From: Prorocentrum cordatum
Taxonomy: Eukaryota
Assembly (NCBI GenBank): GCA_963575745.1
Contig: CAUYUJ010000248.1
Span: forward strand, 434,001 to 498,000
DNA: 64,000 nt
Reading direction: 5' to 3'
Within the stretch, counting starts at the first letter, position 1. Each line of letters opens with the position of its first letter. Below are positions 47,776 through 60,876 of the stretch, piece by piece. A program made the translations under genes and the position numbers. The notes under the pieces are model-generated. The model saw only the letters and a program-made list of their open reading frames with translations. It was not told the origin of the DNA and made no database searches.

Positions 47776-48760
47776 CCCTACCAGCCCGTCCAAGAACATT
47801 GCCCAGACGAGTTGCCCTGGTCAGAGAAGTGGGGGAAGGGGGCATACAGAAGAACAAAGGGCTCGGGAAGCCATCGTACCCCAGCAGGGGGAAGATGAAG
47901 GGTGAATCGGAGGAGACAGAGGAGGACACGGAGGAGGACGAGGAAGAGGGAGGAAGAAGGAGGAGGGAGAATAAGAAAGAAGAGGCGGATGAGGACGAGG
48001 AGGGCGAGTAGAACGGCAAGAGGCCGCTTGGATGCCCCTCGGAGTATCTTGGAATGTCTCTTGGGAGCTTCTTAGAGGCCTTTTGGAGCGTCTTGAGGGC
48101 CTCTTGGCGGTCCCAAGGACCTCTTGGAGCGTCTTCGGTGCCTCGGGGAAGCTTCTTGGAGCCTTTTGGGGGGCCGCTTGGGAGCCTCTTGAGGGCCTCT
48201 TGGGGCTTCCTGGGCGCCTCTTGGAGTCCTGCTGGGGCACTCTTGGGAGCCTTGGGGGCCCTCTGGGAGGCTCCCGAGGGGGGTGGGTGGGGGGGTGGAG
48301 GGGGCGGGGGATGGAAGGCGTGGAAGGAGGGGGGGGGGCCAGGGAGGGCGGAGGGAGCGCGGAGAGAGGGTTGGAGGGGTGGGGGGGGGGGGGGGGCGGG
48401 CTATGCCATCGCCATGTGTTTGCCATGCTATTGCCATGCGATCGCCATGCTAGTGCCATGCAGTTGTCATGCCACTGCCATGCTGTTGCCACGCAGTTGC
48501 CGTGCAGTTGCCATGCAATTGCCATGCAGTTGCCATGCTATTGCCATGCTGATGCCTTGCAGTTGCCATGTTATTGCCATGCTCCTGCCTTACAATTGCC
48601 ATACAGTTGCCATGCTATTGCCATGTGTTTCCCGTGCCGTTGTCATGTGATTGCCATGCAGCTGCCATGCCATTGCCATGCTGTTGCCATGCAGCTGCCA
48701 TGCAATTGCCATGCAGTTGAAATGATATTGCCATGCTGTAACCATTCGGTTGCCGTGGTA
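47772..48760 (+). repeat. Right TSD (47772-47784) and remainder of host repeat unit copy 2
   Basis: Homologous to 14713-15600. Confidence 0.88.
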
Positions 48761-49279
48761 CGAATGTGCGAGGATGCGCGGCGCCAAGGCGAGAGCCCAT
48801 TTTGGAACTAACCGCCCTCCATCCGTCTAAGTGTTGGGAAATTGGAAGACCAACATGCTTGGCACCAAGGCGATAGTCCCAGTTCGACAACGAAATGCCC
48901 TCATGCTGCGTAAGTATTGTAACTTTTGAAGGCCAGTGCGCGCAGCCCCAAGGCGAGAGTCCACTTTTGGAGACCACACTCCACCAGTGTAGATGTTGTA
49001 AGTTTCAAGCTTCAGGGCTATTAACGGTGAGGAAGCCTCAGACGAAACGCCCGGACCACCCGAACGACTTGGCCAGGGGGTGCGACAGAGAATTATCATC
49101 CAAATAAGTTTGCCCTATAGGAGTTCTAATTCATTCTCTACTAATTGGTCCGCTGCCCCCCCCTAATTCCTATGCCTCCCCTAATTCCTATGGCTACGCC
49201 TATGCCTATGCCAATGCCTACCCCCTAACTCCGATGCCTACGCCTATGCCTATGCTTATGCACCACCTCTGAGCGCTCC

Positions 49280-49600
49280 TATGCCTATGCTTATGCCTAT
49301 GCCTATGCCTATGCCTATGCCTATGCCTATGCCTATGCCTATGCCTATGCCTATGCCTATGCCCTGCTTGCCCTTGCTTGCTTGCCCTTGCTTGATCTTG
49401 CGTGCTCTTGCACGCTTGCTCTTGCGTGCTTGCTATATCTTGCTATCGCTTGCTTGCTCTTGCTTGCCCTTGCTTGCTTGCACTTGATCGCTGGCTCTTG
49501 CTTGCTTGTTATTGCTCGCTTGCGCTTGCTTGCTTCTGCTTGCTTCTGCTTGCTTCTGCTTGCTTCTGCTTGCTTGTTTGCGCTTGCTTCATGTTGCTCC
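49280..49600. repeat. (TATGCC)n followed by (TGCT)-rich microsatellite
   Basis: Seen directly. Confidence 0.9.
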
Positions 49601-49779
49601 TCCAGTCCTCCTCCCGTCCTGCTCCCGTCCTCCTTTCGTCCTCCTCCCATCCTCCTCTCGTCCTCCTCCTTTCCTCCTATCTATTTGGAGTCAACGCTGG
49701 CTGATATCTAGAAGGAGAAGGACTTAAGGATGAGGATGAGGTAGAGGTGATAAGGTCGGTGATCGGAGACCAAACCATC

Positions 49780-52750
49780 GCAGTTGCCATGGCAACCGTT
49801 GCCATGGCAACTGCCGCGGCAACTATGGCAACAGTTGCCGTGGCAACTGCCATGGCAACAGTTGCCATGGTAGTTGCCATGGCAACTGTGGCCATAGTTG
49901 GCAATGTCAACTGTTGCCATGGCAACTGCTGCCAGGGCTCCCTAGAGCGAACGGTGCCATGGGCCTTCTCGGGCAGGTTCCTGAGGCGCTCTGTCCGAGC
50001 CCGTTGCCGGCGCATGTGATGGAGAGACCGTTGCCAGAATATTGCCATGGCCATTGCCATGGAGTTGCCATGCAGTTGCCATGCTATTGCTAAGCAGTTG
50101 CCATGCAGTTGCCATGCTATAGCATGGCAACTGCGAGGCAATTTCCATGCAGTTGCCGTGCCATTGCCATGCCATTGCCATGCCATTGCCATGCAGTTGC
50201 AACGCAGCTGCCATGCAGTTGCCCTGCTATTGCCATGCTATTCCCATGCCACTGCTATGCTGCTGCCAGGTTATAGCATGGCAACACGGCAACTGCATGG
50301 CAATTGCCATGCAATTGGAGTGCTAGTGCCATGCAAATGCCATGAAATGTCAATGCAATTGCCATTATGTTGCAATCCAATTGCCATGCTGGTGTCATGC
50401 GATTGTCATGCTGTTGCCATGCTATTGCCATGCCGATGCCATGCTCTTGCCAGGACGTAGGCATGCTGTCGCCATGCTGTTGCCATGCCGCTGCCATGCA
50501 GTTGCCATGCTGTTGCCATGCTGCTGCCATGCCGTTCAATGGTGTTGCCATGCTGTTGCCGAGCGGATGCGCATGCTGTTGCCTTGCAGTAGCGATATTG
50601 TTTCAATGTTGTTGCCATGCGGTTCCACATGCTGTTGACATGTTGTTGCCATGCTGTTTCCATGCTACTGCCACGCTGTTACAATGCCGTTGCCATGCAG
50701 TTGCCATGCCATTGCCATGCTGCTGCCATGCCGTTGCTATGCCGTTGTCATGCCGTTGCCATGCCGTTGCAATGGTGTTGCCATGTTGTTGCCATGTCAT
50801 TGCCATGCCGTTGCCATGCTGTTGCCATGCGGTTGTCATGCTGTTGCCATGTTGTTGCAATGCTGTTACAATGCTGTTGCCATGGTGGTGTCATGCTGTT
50901 GCCATGCTGTTGCCATGGTGTTGTCATGCTGTTGCCATGCTGTTGCCATGCCGGTGCCGTGCTACTGCCATGCGGTTGCCATGCCAGTGCCATGCCGTCG
51001 CCATGTTGCTACCATGTTGATGCCATGCAGAGGCCATGATGTTTCCACGATATTGCCATGTCATTGCCATGATGGTACCATGCTGTTGCCATGTTGCTTC
51101 CATGATGTGGCCATGCCATTGCCATGCTGTCCCCATGCCAGAGCCATTCCGTTGGCACGCTGTTGCCATGCTATTGCCATGCTGTGGCCATGCTGTGGCC
51201 ATGTTGTGGCCATGCGGTTTCCATGTTGTTGCCGTGCGGTTCCATGTGCTGTTGCTATGTTGTTGACATCTCGTTGTTGCCATGATCATTGCCCATGTTG
51301 TTGCTGCCATGCTGCTGCCACGCTGTTGCCATGCCGGTGCCATGCCATTGCCGTGCTGTTTCCATGCCATTCCCATGCCATTGCCATGCTGTTGCCATGC
51401 AGCGTCGATGCAATTCCCATGCTGCTGCCATGCCATTGCCATGTTATTGCCATGCCGTCGCCATACTGTTGCGGGGCTATTGCCGTGCTACTGCCATGCT
51501 GTTGCCATGTAATGTCCATGCCGTTGCCATGCCATTGCCATGCCGTTGCCATGCTTTTGCCATGCCATTGCCATGCTGCTGCCATGCCGTCGCCATGCCG
51601 TTGCCATGCCATGGCCATGCTGTTGCCATGCTGTTTCCATGTCATTGCCATGCCATTACCATGTTGTTGCCATGCGGTTGTCATGCTGTTGCCATGTTGT
51701 TGCCATGCTGTTGTCATGCTATTGCAGTGCTGTTGCCATGCGGTTGTCATGATGTTGCCAGCTGTTGTAATGCTGTTGCCATGCAGTTGCCATGCCGTTG
51801 CCATGCAGTTGCCATGCTGTGACCACGCTGTGTCCATGCAATTCCCAAGCTGTTGCCACGCCGATGCCAGGCTGTTGCCATGCTACTTCCATGCCATTGA
51901 CATGATGTTGCCATGCTGTTGCCATGCTCTTGCAATACTGTTGCCATGCTGTTGTCCTGCTGCTGCCATGCTGTTGCCATGATGCTACCATGCTGCCATG
52001 CTGTTGCCGTGCTGTTGCCATGCTGTTGCCATGCAGAGGCTATGCTGTTTCTACGATGCTGCCATGCCGTTGTTATGGTGTTACCGTGCTATTGCCATGC
52101 TGTGGGCATGCTGTTGCCATGCTCTTCCGATGCTGTGGCCATGATGTTGCCATGCCATTGGCATGCCGTTGTCATGCCGTTGCGATGCTGTTGCCATACG
52201 GTTGTCATGCAGCTGCCATGTTGTTGCAATGCGGTTGTCATGCAGTTGGCATGCTGTTGCCATGCGATTGCCATGCTGATGTCATGCGACTGTCATGCTG
52301 TGGCCGTGCTGTTGCCATGCCTTGGGCATGCTGTGGGCATGCTGTTGCCATGCTATTGCCATGCTGTTGCCATTACGCTTCCATGCCATTGTCGTGCCGT
52401 TGCCATGCTGTTGCCGTGCTGTTGCCGTGCTGTTGCCATGCGCTTGCCATGCTGCCATGATGTTGTCATGCCGTCGCCGCTGTGATGCTGCCATGCTGTT
52501 ATGCAGAGGCCACGTTGTTTCCACGATTTTGCCATGCCGTTGCCATGGTGGTACCGTGGTGTTGCCATGTTGTGGCCATGTTGTTGCCATGTTGTTGCCA
52601 TGCTGTTCCCATGCTGTGGCCGTGCTGTTGCCATGCCATTGCCATGCCGTTACCATGCTGTCGCCATGCCAGAGCCATGCCGTTGCCACGCTGTTGCCAT
52701 ACAGTTGCCATGCCATCGCAATCGCCATGCCATCGCATTGCCAATGCAGG
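49780..52750. repeat. 11-bp TTGCCATGC-type satellite (CTGTTGCCATG variant)
   Basis: Seen directly. Confidence 0.95.
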
Positions 52751-52909
52751 ATGACTTGCGGGACGACTCGCGGGGTGATTTGGGCAGGTCCAAGCGGGAA
52801 GGCCAGGTCCCTGATTTCAGGAATCTCCTGAAAATTAGCTTGGCGAAGGACCCAACCATATGCAGTTGTGAGCACCGTCGTTGTATGCACCGCATTCCGA
52901 GGAGCCCCC

Positions 52910-53985
52910 TGCAGGGCCACGAAACATGTGAGGGGTGTGCCGAAATGTGTCCGGTGGGCGCATGCGAAAGCAGCCACTGCGGCGGTCGGTGGAGCTCCTT
53001 TTGGGGCCACGGAACAAGTGAGAGGCGTGCCGAAATAGGCGCGGTGAGCGCATGCGAACGCAGCCATTGGGGCCGTCGGTGGAGCTCCCGACAGTGCCGC
53101 GAAACGTGTGATGGGTGTGCCGAAGGGCGCATGCGAACGCAGCCACGTGGAGCTACGTGCCGAAGTGGCGCTTCCTATAGGGCCTTCCGTGGAGCTCCCT
53201 ATGGGGCCACGAAACATAAGAGGGGTGTGCCGAAATAAGTGTGCGTGACGCATGCGGGCGGTGGCATTGGGGCCTTCGGAAGAACTCCTTATGGGGCCAC
53301 GAAACGTGTGAAGGGTGTGCCGAAATGGGTGTGCGTGGCGCATGCGGGCGGTGACACCGGGGCCTTCGGTGGAGCTCCTTGTGGGGCCACGAAACGTGTA
53401 AGGGGTGTGCCGAAATAAGTGTGCGTGACGCATGCGGGCGGTGGCTCTGGGGCCTTCGGTGGAGCTCCCTATGAGGCCGCGAAACGTGTGAAGGGTGTGC
53501 CGAAATGGGTGTGCGTGACGCATGCAGGCGGTGGCAATGGGGCCTTCGGTGGAGCTCCCTGTGGGGCCACGAAACGTGTGATTGGTGTGCCCAAATTGAA
53601 TGTGCGTGACGCATGCGGGTGGTGGCACCTGGGCCTTCGGTGGAGCTCCCTGTGGGACCACGAAACGTGTGAGGGGTGTGCCGAAATTGGTGTGCGTGAC
53701 GCACGCGGGCGGTGGCACTGGGGCCTTCGGTGGAGCTCCCTGTGGGGCCACGAAACGTGTGAGTGGTGTACCGAAATAAATGTGCGTGACGCATGCGGGC
53801 GGTGACACTGGGGCCTTCGGTGGAGCTCCCTGCGGGGCCACGAACGTGTGAGGAGTGTGCCGAAATGGGTGTGCGTGACGCATGCGGGCGGTGGCACTGG
53901 GGCCTTCGGAGAGCTCCCTGTGAGGCCACAAAACGTGTGAGGGGTGTGCCGACATGGGTGTGCGTGACGCATGCGGGCGGTGCAG
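52910..53985. repeat. ~90-bp tandem satellite, about 12 copies
   Basis: GGGCCTTCGGTGGAGCTCC recurs at about 53359, 53449, 53539, 53630, 53720 and 53810. Confidence 0.93.
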
Positions 53986-54299
53986 GGAGGAGGGGAGGAG
54001 GAAGGAAGGAAGGAAGGAAGGAAGGAGGGAACGCGGGGACCGTCTCTTCAAAACGAGGACCAAACACCACAGGATTGCTGAGAACAAAACACCCTTGATG
54101 TGCGCAAGGCAACGCTTTTGCCATGCTACTGCCATGCGACCGCCATGCAGACGCCATACTCTTGCCGCGCAGTTGCCATGCTATTTCCGTGCAGTTGCCT
54201 TGCCATGGCCTTCAAAATGACCCCTCTGACTTGCGCAAGTCAGGGGGGTAATTGTTCAGGAGATTCCTGAAACTTTACCCCCCTGGCTTGCGCAAATCA

Positions 54300-56710
54300 A
54301 CGCCGTTGCCATGCTACTGCCATGCTACCACCAGTTCCACACAGTTGCCATGCTATTGCCACAGAATTGTCGTACTATTGCATGCTATCGCCATGCGATT
54401 GTCATGCAGCTACCATGAAATAGCATGCAGTTGCCATGCAGTTGCCATGCGATTGCCATGCAGTTGTCATGCGACTGTCATGCAGTTGACATGCTATTGC
54501 CATGCAGTGTCCACGCTATTGCCATGCTATCGCAATGCGATTGTCATGCAGTTGTCGTGCAATTGCCATGCGATGGCCCTGCAGTTGCCATGCCATTGCC
54601 ATGCGACTGCCATGCCATTGCCATGCAGTTGCCGTGCAGTGGCACTGTGACTGCCATGCTATCGTCATGCAGTTGCCATGCGATTGACATGCAGTTGCCA
54701 TGCGATCGTCATGTGGTTCCCACGATATTGCCATGCAGTTGCCGCAGTTGTCATGCTATTGCCATGCAGTTGCCATGCTATTGCCATGCGAGTGTCATGC
54801 AGTTGCCATGCAGTTGTCATGCTGTTGTCATACGATTGCCATGCGATGGCCCTGCAGTTGCCATGCAGTTGCCATGTGCTTGCCACGCAGTCGTCATGCA
54901 GTTGCCATGCGATCGCCATGCAGTTGCCTTTCTATCGGCATGCAGTTGCCGTGCTATTGCCATGCAGTGGCTATGCCATTGTCATGCAGTTGCCATGCTA
55001 TTGCCATGCGATGTCCATTCAGTTGCCATGCTATTGCCATGCGAGTGCCATCCAGTTGCCATGCTATTCCCATGCCATTGCCATGCAGTTACCTTGCTAT
55101 TGCCATGCAGTTGCCATGCTATCCTCATGCAGTTGCCATGCTATTGTCATACAGTTGTCATGCTATTGCCATGCGATTGTCAGGCGATTGCCATGCAGTT
55201 ACCCTGCGATTGTCATACAGTTGCCACGCGATTGCCACGCGATTGTCATGCAGGTGCAATGCGATTTGCATGCAGTTGTCATGCAGTTGTCATGTTACCC
55301 CCATGGCATGGTCATGCAATTGCCATGGTATTGCAATGTGATTGTCATGCGATCGCCATGCAGTTGTCATGCAGTTGTCATGATATTGCCATACAGATGT
55401 CATTCGCTGTTCATGCTATTGCTATGCGATTGCCATGCAGATGCCAAGCAGTTGCCATGCTAGTGCCATGCGATTGTCATACAGTTGCCATGCTATTGCA
55501 ATGCTGCTGCCATGATGCTGTCTTGCAGTTGCCTTGCGATTGTCATGCAGTTGCCATGCTCTTGCCACGCAGTTGCCATGATATTGCCATGCGGTTGTCA
55601 TGCAGTTGTCATGCTATTCTCATGCGATTGCCATGCTGTTGGAATGCTATCGCAATGCAGTTGTCATGCTACTGCCATGCGATTGCCATGCAGTTGCCAT
55701 GCTGGTGTCATGCGATTGCTATGTTATTGCCATGCAGTTGCCATGCGAGTGTCATGCAGTTGCCATGCTAGTGTTATGCAGTTGCCGTGTTATTGCCATG
55801 CAGTTGCCATGCGATTGTCATGTGATTGCCATGCAGTTGCCATGCTATTGTCGTGTTATTGCCATGCAGTTGCCATGCTATTGCCACGCGATTGCCATGC
55901 AGTTGCCATGCGAGTGCCGTTCAGTTGCCATGGAATTTTGCCATGGTGTTGCCATGCTATTGACATGCGATTGCTATGCAATGTCCATGCTATTGTCAGG
56001 TGATTGCCATGCAGTTGCCATGCGATTGCCATGCAATTGCCATGCTATTGCCATGCTATTGCCATGCGAGTGCGAGCGCCATGCAGTTGCCATGGTACTG
56101 CCATGCAGTTGCCGTGCTATCGCCGTGCGATTGCCATGCAATTGCCATGCAGTTGCCATGCTATTGCCATGCGAGTGCGAGTGCCACGCAGGTGCCATGC
56201 GATTGCCATGCGATTGCTATGCAGTTGCCATGCTAATGCCATGTGATTGCCATGCTACTGTCATGCGATTGTCATGTTTTTGCCATGCTATTGCCATGCT
56301 ATTGCCATGCAGTTGCGATGTTATTGCCATGCGATTGCGATGCAGTTGCCATGCTCTTGCCATGCTACTGCCATGCAGTTGCCATGCTGTTGCCATGCAA
56401 GTGCCATGGTATGGCCATGGTATGGCCATGCAGTTGCCATGATCTTGCCATGCCATTGCCACGCGATTGCCATGCAGTTGCCATGCTATTGCCATGCTAT
56501 TGCCATGCGATTGCCATGCAGTTCCCATGCTAGTGGCATGCGATTGCCATGCAGTTGCCATGCTATTGCCATGCTGTTGCCATGCGATTGTCATGCGATT
56601 GCCATGCAGTTGCCATGCAGTTGCCATGGTATGGCCATGCAGTTGCCATGCTATTGGCATGCAGCTGCCCTGCAGCTGCCATGCAGTTGCCATGCTGCAT
56701 GGCAATAGCA
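54300..56710. repeat. 11-bp TTGCCATGC-type satellite (CAGTTGCCATG / CGATTGCCATG variant)
   Basis: Seen directly. Confidence 0.95.
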
Positions 56711-59639
56711 TGAGAATAGCATTGCAATATCCTGGCTACTTCATGGAAATATCATGTCCATAGCGGGCCCACTGAAAGGGTCGAATTTCTAATTTGGTTT
56801 CAGGTGTCCCCGAAGCCAGCATAGTCCTAGCTTGGCCGGGAAGACACCGATCCTGTTGGACCCTGGATCGACGAGATGGATGGCTGCAGAGGAAGCCCAT
56901 GCCAAGAAACACATTGCTTGTCTCCAGGGTGCCCTGGTTTTCTTGGGTTTCGATGGGTCCGATATGGAAAGCATAACGTTCCCACATCCAAAACCAATGG
57001 GCGTCCTGCGGTCTCAGGGTTGGGTTTCGTGTGGCAGGTTTTTTGTGGTCGAGTTCCTGGCGTTACACCGATCCTGTTGGACCCTGGTTCGGCGAGGTGG
57101 ATGGCCAACGCAGCCCCCCGATATCCACCTCACCGATATCTGGGCCAAGCCAGGGCTGGTGTATGCGTATGCCCTCCTTGCTTGGCCCGGGGGATTCACC
57201 CATCCTGTTGGACCCTGGATCGGCGAGGACGGAGGAGGAGGAGGAGGAGGAGGAGGCGGATCGGGAGCAAGCGGAGGAGGACGATGGCTGTCGCACCCCC
57301 ACAGGATGGAGGCCGACGACGTCCGCTCCGTGGTGGAGCAGGGCTTCGCGCCTCTGGCCCTGGGGCCCGTCGCGCCCGCGGGGCCGCCGGCGCCCGGCGG
57401 TCGGCGGCGGCCCGCCCCGCCGCGCGGAGCTGCGGAGGGCGCCCCGGCAGCGGGCGTCACACCGTGAGGCCCTATACCGCCACGCCGCGGCGGTGGCGCG
57501 GCGCACGGTGGGGTGGGATCCAGGCCATCTGTTAGCAGTTCTTTTGCGAGCAGCGGGACGCGCTTGTCTAGTTACCCCCTGGTCGCAAGTCAGGACCATA
57601 ATATATCATGTTACGGGCATTGGTTGCCGTTTTAATTCAACTTGAGCCGAGTGTGCTAAGAATGCTTTTTCGAGAGCCCGGCGACCCTTTGGGTACACAC
57701 GTCAGGCCGCCAGGGTTCTCACGCAGGGCGCATAGTGGAGGGACCCGGAGGCGAGAGTGGGTTCAGAGTGGGCTCCGCGGCAATGGTAATCGATATTCGT
57801 TTTTTTCCCAGCCTTGGCGTCGTTTGGTCAGAAGCCTCCACGAAGCTGGTTAAGTTTCATACCACTCTGTTGCATTTTTACAATACTACGCTGGCATGGC
57901 TGGCGCAGCGCTGGGAAACCACTTTGCCGGAAAGTGTGCGCAGCTTTCTAGGCCTCGCTTTGAATTTTGAATTACTTGTGCTTTCTGAGCAGTGCTTGCA
58001 TTGAAGCGTTGTTCTGTCTGTCTGGCGGTGCGCGGCGTTACGACCCCATGAGGATGGCCATCAGTGTTGTCAGATGACAGGGTCCCCGTAGGATTTCTTG
58101 CTCCAGCTCCCTGCAGCAAATCACACCACCGTGCCAGCGAAGCATGGAAATGCATGCAGGGTCATCTTGGGGGCGTCTGGGAAGCGGCGCTACGGGTTTT
58201 GATTCGCAGTGAAATCATGGGTCCCCTCAGGATGTTCTCGTTGTTTGCGTTCGGATGAAAAGGCTCATACCTGGAGGGTCTCACTCATAGGGTCCCGTCC
58301 ATATTGTCACACCGATAGCGTCCCACCAACAGGACCTCCCGCCTAGATCACGCTCATTCGTTGCAATGAACCGAATTGTTCCCGACAGCGCACCTAGTAT
58401 ACCATCCCACAGACCCCATAGCATGCATTCATAATACAGATTGCACCCCTTGCACCGCATCCAATCGCGCCCCACGTTTTGCACAGCGGATTTTGTGCCT
58501 GAGAGGTCTCACCCCGCATTGTATCCCACCAGTTTGCCCCTTAAGGATTGCATCCCATAGAACGCAGAGAGTCACTGTTTCGGGGTCCACGCTCCACGCG
58601 CCGGAGTCATGTGCGTCGAGCTGCAATATTGCTCTCATTCCGCATCTCCCCCAAACCTCCCAGTCCTCCTCCGCATCCCCCTATACTTCTAGTCCTCCGT
58701 CTCTTTCTCTTCCTCCCCCTGGTCCACCCTTCCGATTCCCCTCCTTCCTCCCCCATCTTCCTCCTTTGCCTCGTCTTCCTCCTCCTTCTCTTCCCCCTCC
58801 TTCCGCCCTGCCACCGTCGCTGTCGCCGTCACCCAAATCGGTGGTCTTGACGAGGGGGTGGTGGCGGCAGTGGCACTCACATTCGGGCCAACTCACCAGA
58901 GTCGTCGTTTCCGCTCGCACGGGTGCTCCAGGTGGTGGAAACACGTAAGCAACATTCGTGCATAGCATTATCGTTTAAATACCCCCCTCCCCCCGAATGC
59001 TATGTTGGTTTCGGATCTTCCAAGTTTGAGTGTCCAAGCGGTGATGCATAACCGTGCCAACTTTGAATTGCGGGGGAGTGGGAAAGTGTTGCTTAGTGGT
59101 TTCCATCGACCGTCCCCCCGCCCTCCTTCCTCCCTCCCCCTCCTGATCCTCCTTCTCAGTCCCCCTTTCTCTCGACCCTTCCTCCCCCCTCCTCCGTCTC
59201 CTCGTCCTCCTCGAATTCGTTTTCTTCCTAGTCATCCGTCTGCTCTGCCCACGCCGTTTTCGCGGCGAACGCTCGTGCGCGCGAGGGAGCAGTTGCAGCC
59301 TCGGGCGCTCGGTTAGCTGGTGGCGGAAGTAGTATTCGCGCTACCCAGCTTGCCCCTGATGTTACATGATGCCTCGGGGTCTCCGAGGAAGAAACTGATC
59401 CTACGTCTCTTTCCGGTCGTGTTTCTCCCCCCCTCCTATTTCTTCCTCTTCCTCATCTTCTTTCTCCTCCTCCTCCTCCTCCTCCTCCTCCTCCTCCCTT
59501 TCCTCCTCCTCCACCTCCACCTCCTCCTCCTCCTCCCCCCCCTCCGCATCCTCCTCCTCCTCATCCTCCTCCTCATCCGCCTCCTCCCCCATCCTCCCCC
59601 CCAGACGGGGCGGGCAATGCTGCAGGCTGTGATGTCTGC

Positions 59640-60490
59640 CCCTCGTTTCGCCTTCCCGTCCCCCTTCGTCTCTTCCGTGCGCTCCCAGGGCCGTTCCCTC
59701 CAAGGTCGGTGCTTGGAGCACGCTGGTCGTGTTGCTCTGTTCCGTGCTGCCGAGCATTCCAAAGCATCATTTGACACCAAGTCTCTCCTCGAAGATTTTG
59801 CTTCTACCGACGACTGTGTCATTGCATGGAAATCCCAGCCCACTATGGAGGAAATCGCATGTTCGACATATGCTCGAAGATTGTCTTTCCTTTTCTGTTC
59901 TGCTGGGCCTCCATTCTCCCTCATCCCACCGACAGGAAAAAGTTTGAGGCAGTTTTGAATGCTTACTCCAGCTACGCGTGCAACTCAGTGATTGTTCGAC
60001 GTGCTCGGAAGTTCGACCCAGACCGCACACAGGAGCAGGAGAATTATTTGAGCACGGTCATCACCAGGTTTTCTTTTTTTCTCCATCTGTGCGTCCTTTC
60101 CTCTTTCCTCCGCACGCTGTGCAATGCGTGGTGCACGACTGGTCGGTTCGGGAAGTCGCAGTGCTGCCGCGCATGCAATGCCCCCCCCCCGCGACGAGTG
60201 TCTGAGGCACATTGTTGTTTGCCCTACCGCTGAACCTCTTCTTCCCCGTCCTTCCGTATGTCTTCCAGTACGGTGGATGGCAAGACCATTTGTGTGTGTG
60301 GCGTTATTGTCCCATGGCTCTTGGGACTCTTGCTTCCACTGCTTTTGGCCCTTGGCATATTCAGCAAAACCTAACATGGCTGAACACATTGTTCTACAAC
60401 CGCAGCATGGTTTCGAAAGCATGCCGAGGCTCGATTGCAGCAGCTTCCACGCAGAGAAGGTCGAATATGCCACGTTCCTCGTAGAGAGAT
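59640..60490 (+). pseudogene. Decayed 3' fragment of another LINE (C-terminal zinc-knuckle region)
   Basis: LRTLCNAWCTTGRFG...CRAC, then a frameshift into ECLRHIVVCP, resembling the CCHC motif of LINE ORF2. Confidence 0.55.
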
Positions 60491-60853
60491 AGTGGTCTGA
60501 GTCCCATCCTCGCTATGGTTGGCCTCGCTGTCCGATGTCGGGATAGCCTTCTTGAGCGGCAGCGGGCTCCCTCTTCTCCATTGTTGTCGTTTCTCGCCCT
60601 TCTCATCCTGGAACGTCTTTCTTCACTTGTCCGCCCTTCCCTTGCTGGCCAGTGTCGCTCCCCCTCCCCCCCCCGTCCCTGCCTCCGCCCCCCCCTCCTC
60701 TCTTGCCTCCTCCCCCCTCCCCGTTAGCCCCTCCCTCCTCTCCTGCCTCCCCCCCCCTCCCCTCCTGCACACACCCCTCCCCCTTCCTCTTCCTCCCCCA
60801 TTATTCCTCCTCCTCCTCCTCCTCCTTTTCCTTCTCCTCCTCATCCTCCTCCT

Positions 60854-60876
60854 TCCGTAGCCATTTTTGGCTCAAG
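60854..60876 (+). other. Dinoflagellate spliced-leader relic
   Basis: TCCGTAGCCATTTTTGGCTCAAG is the consensus plus one T. Confidence 0.95.

Noticed and set aside
48400..56763. Cys/His/Met-rich metallothionein-like ORFs
   Set aside because: Translations of the 11-bp TTGCCATGC satellite.
56844..57233. Three ~40-bp repeats (CC.ATCCTGTTGGACCCTGG.TCG.CGAG) with different intervening sequence
   Set aside because: Irregular spacing (~220 and ~130 bp) and degenerate copies; a decayed repeat rather than CRISPR.
57641..57662. Minus-strand SL-like sequence TTCTTAGCACACTCGGCTCAAG
   Set aside because: Only 15/22 identity and no clear downstream ORF or TSD.
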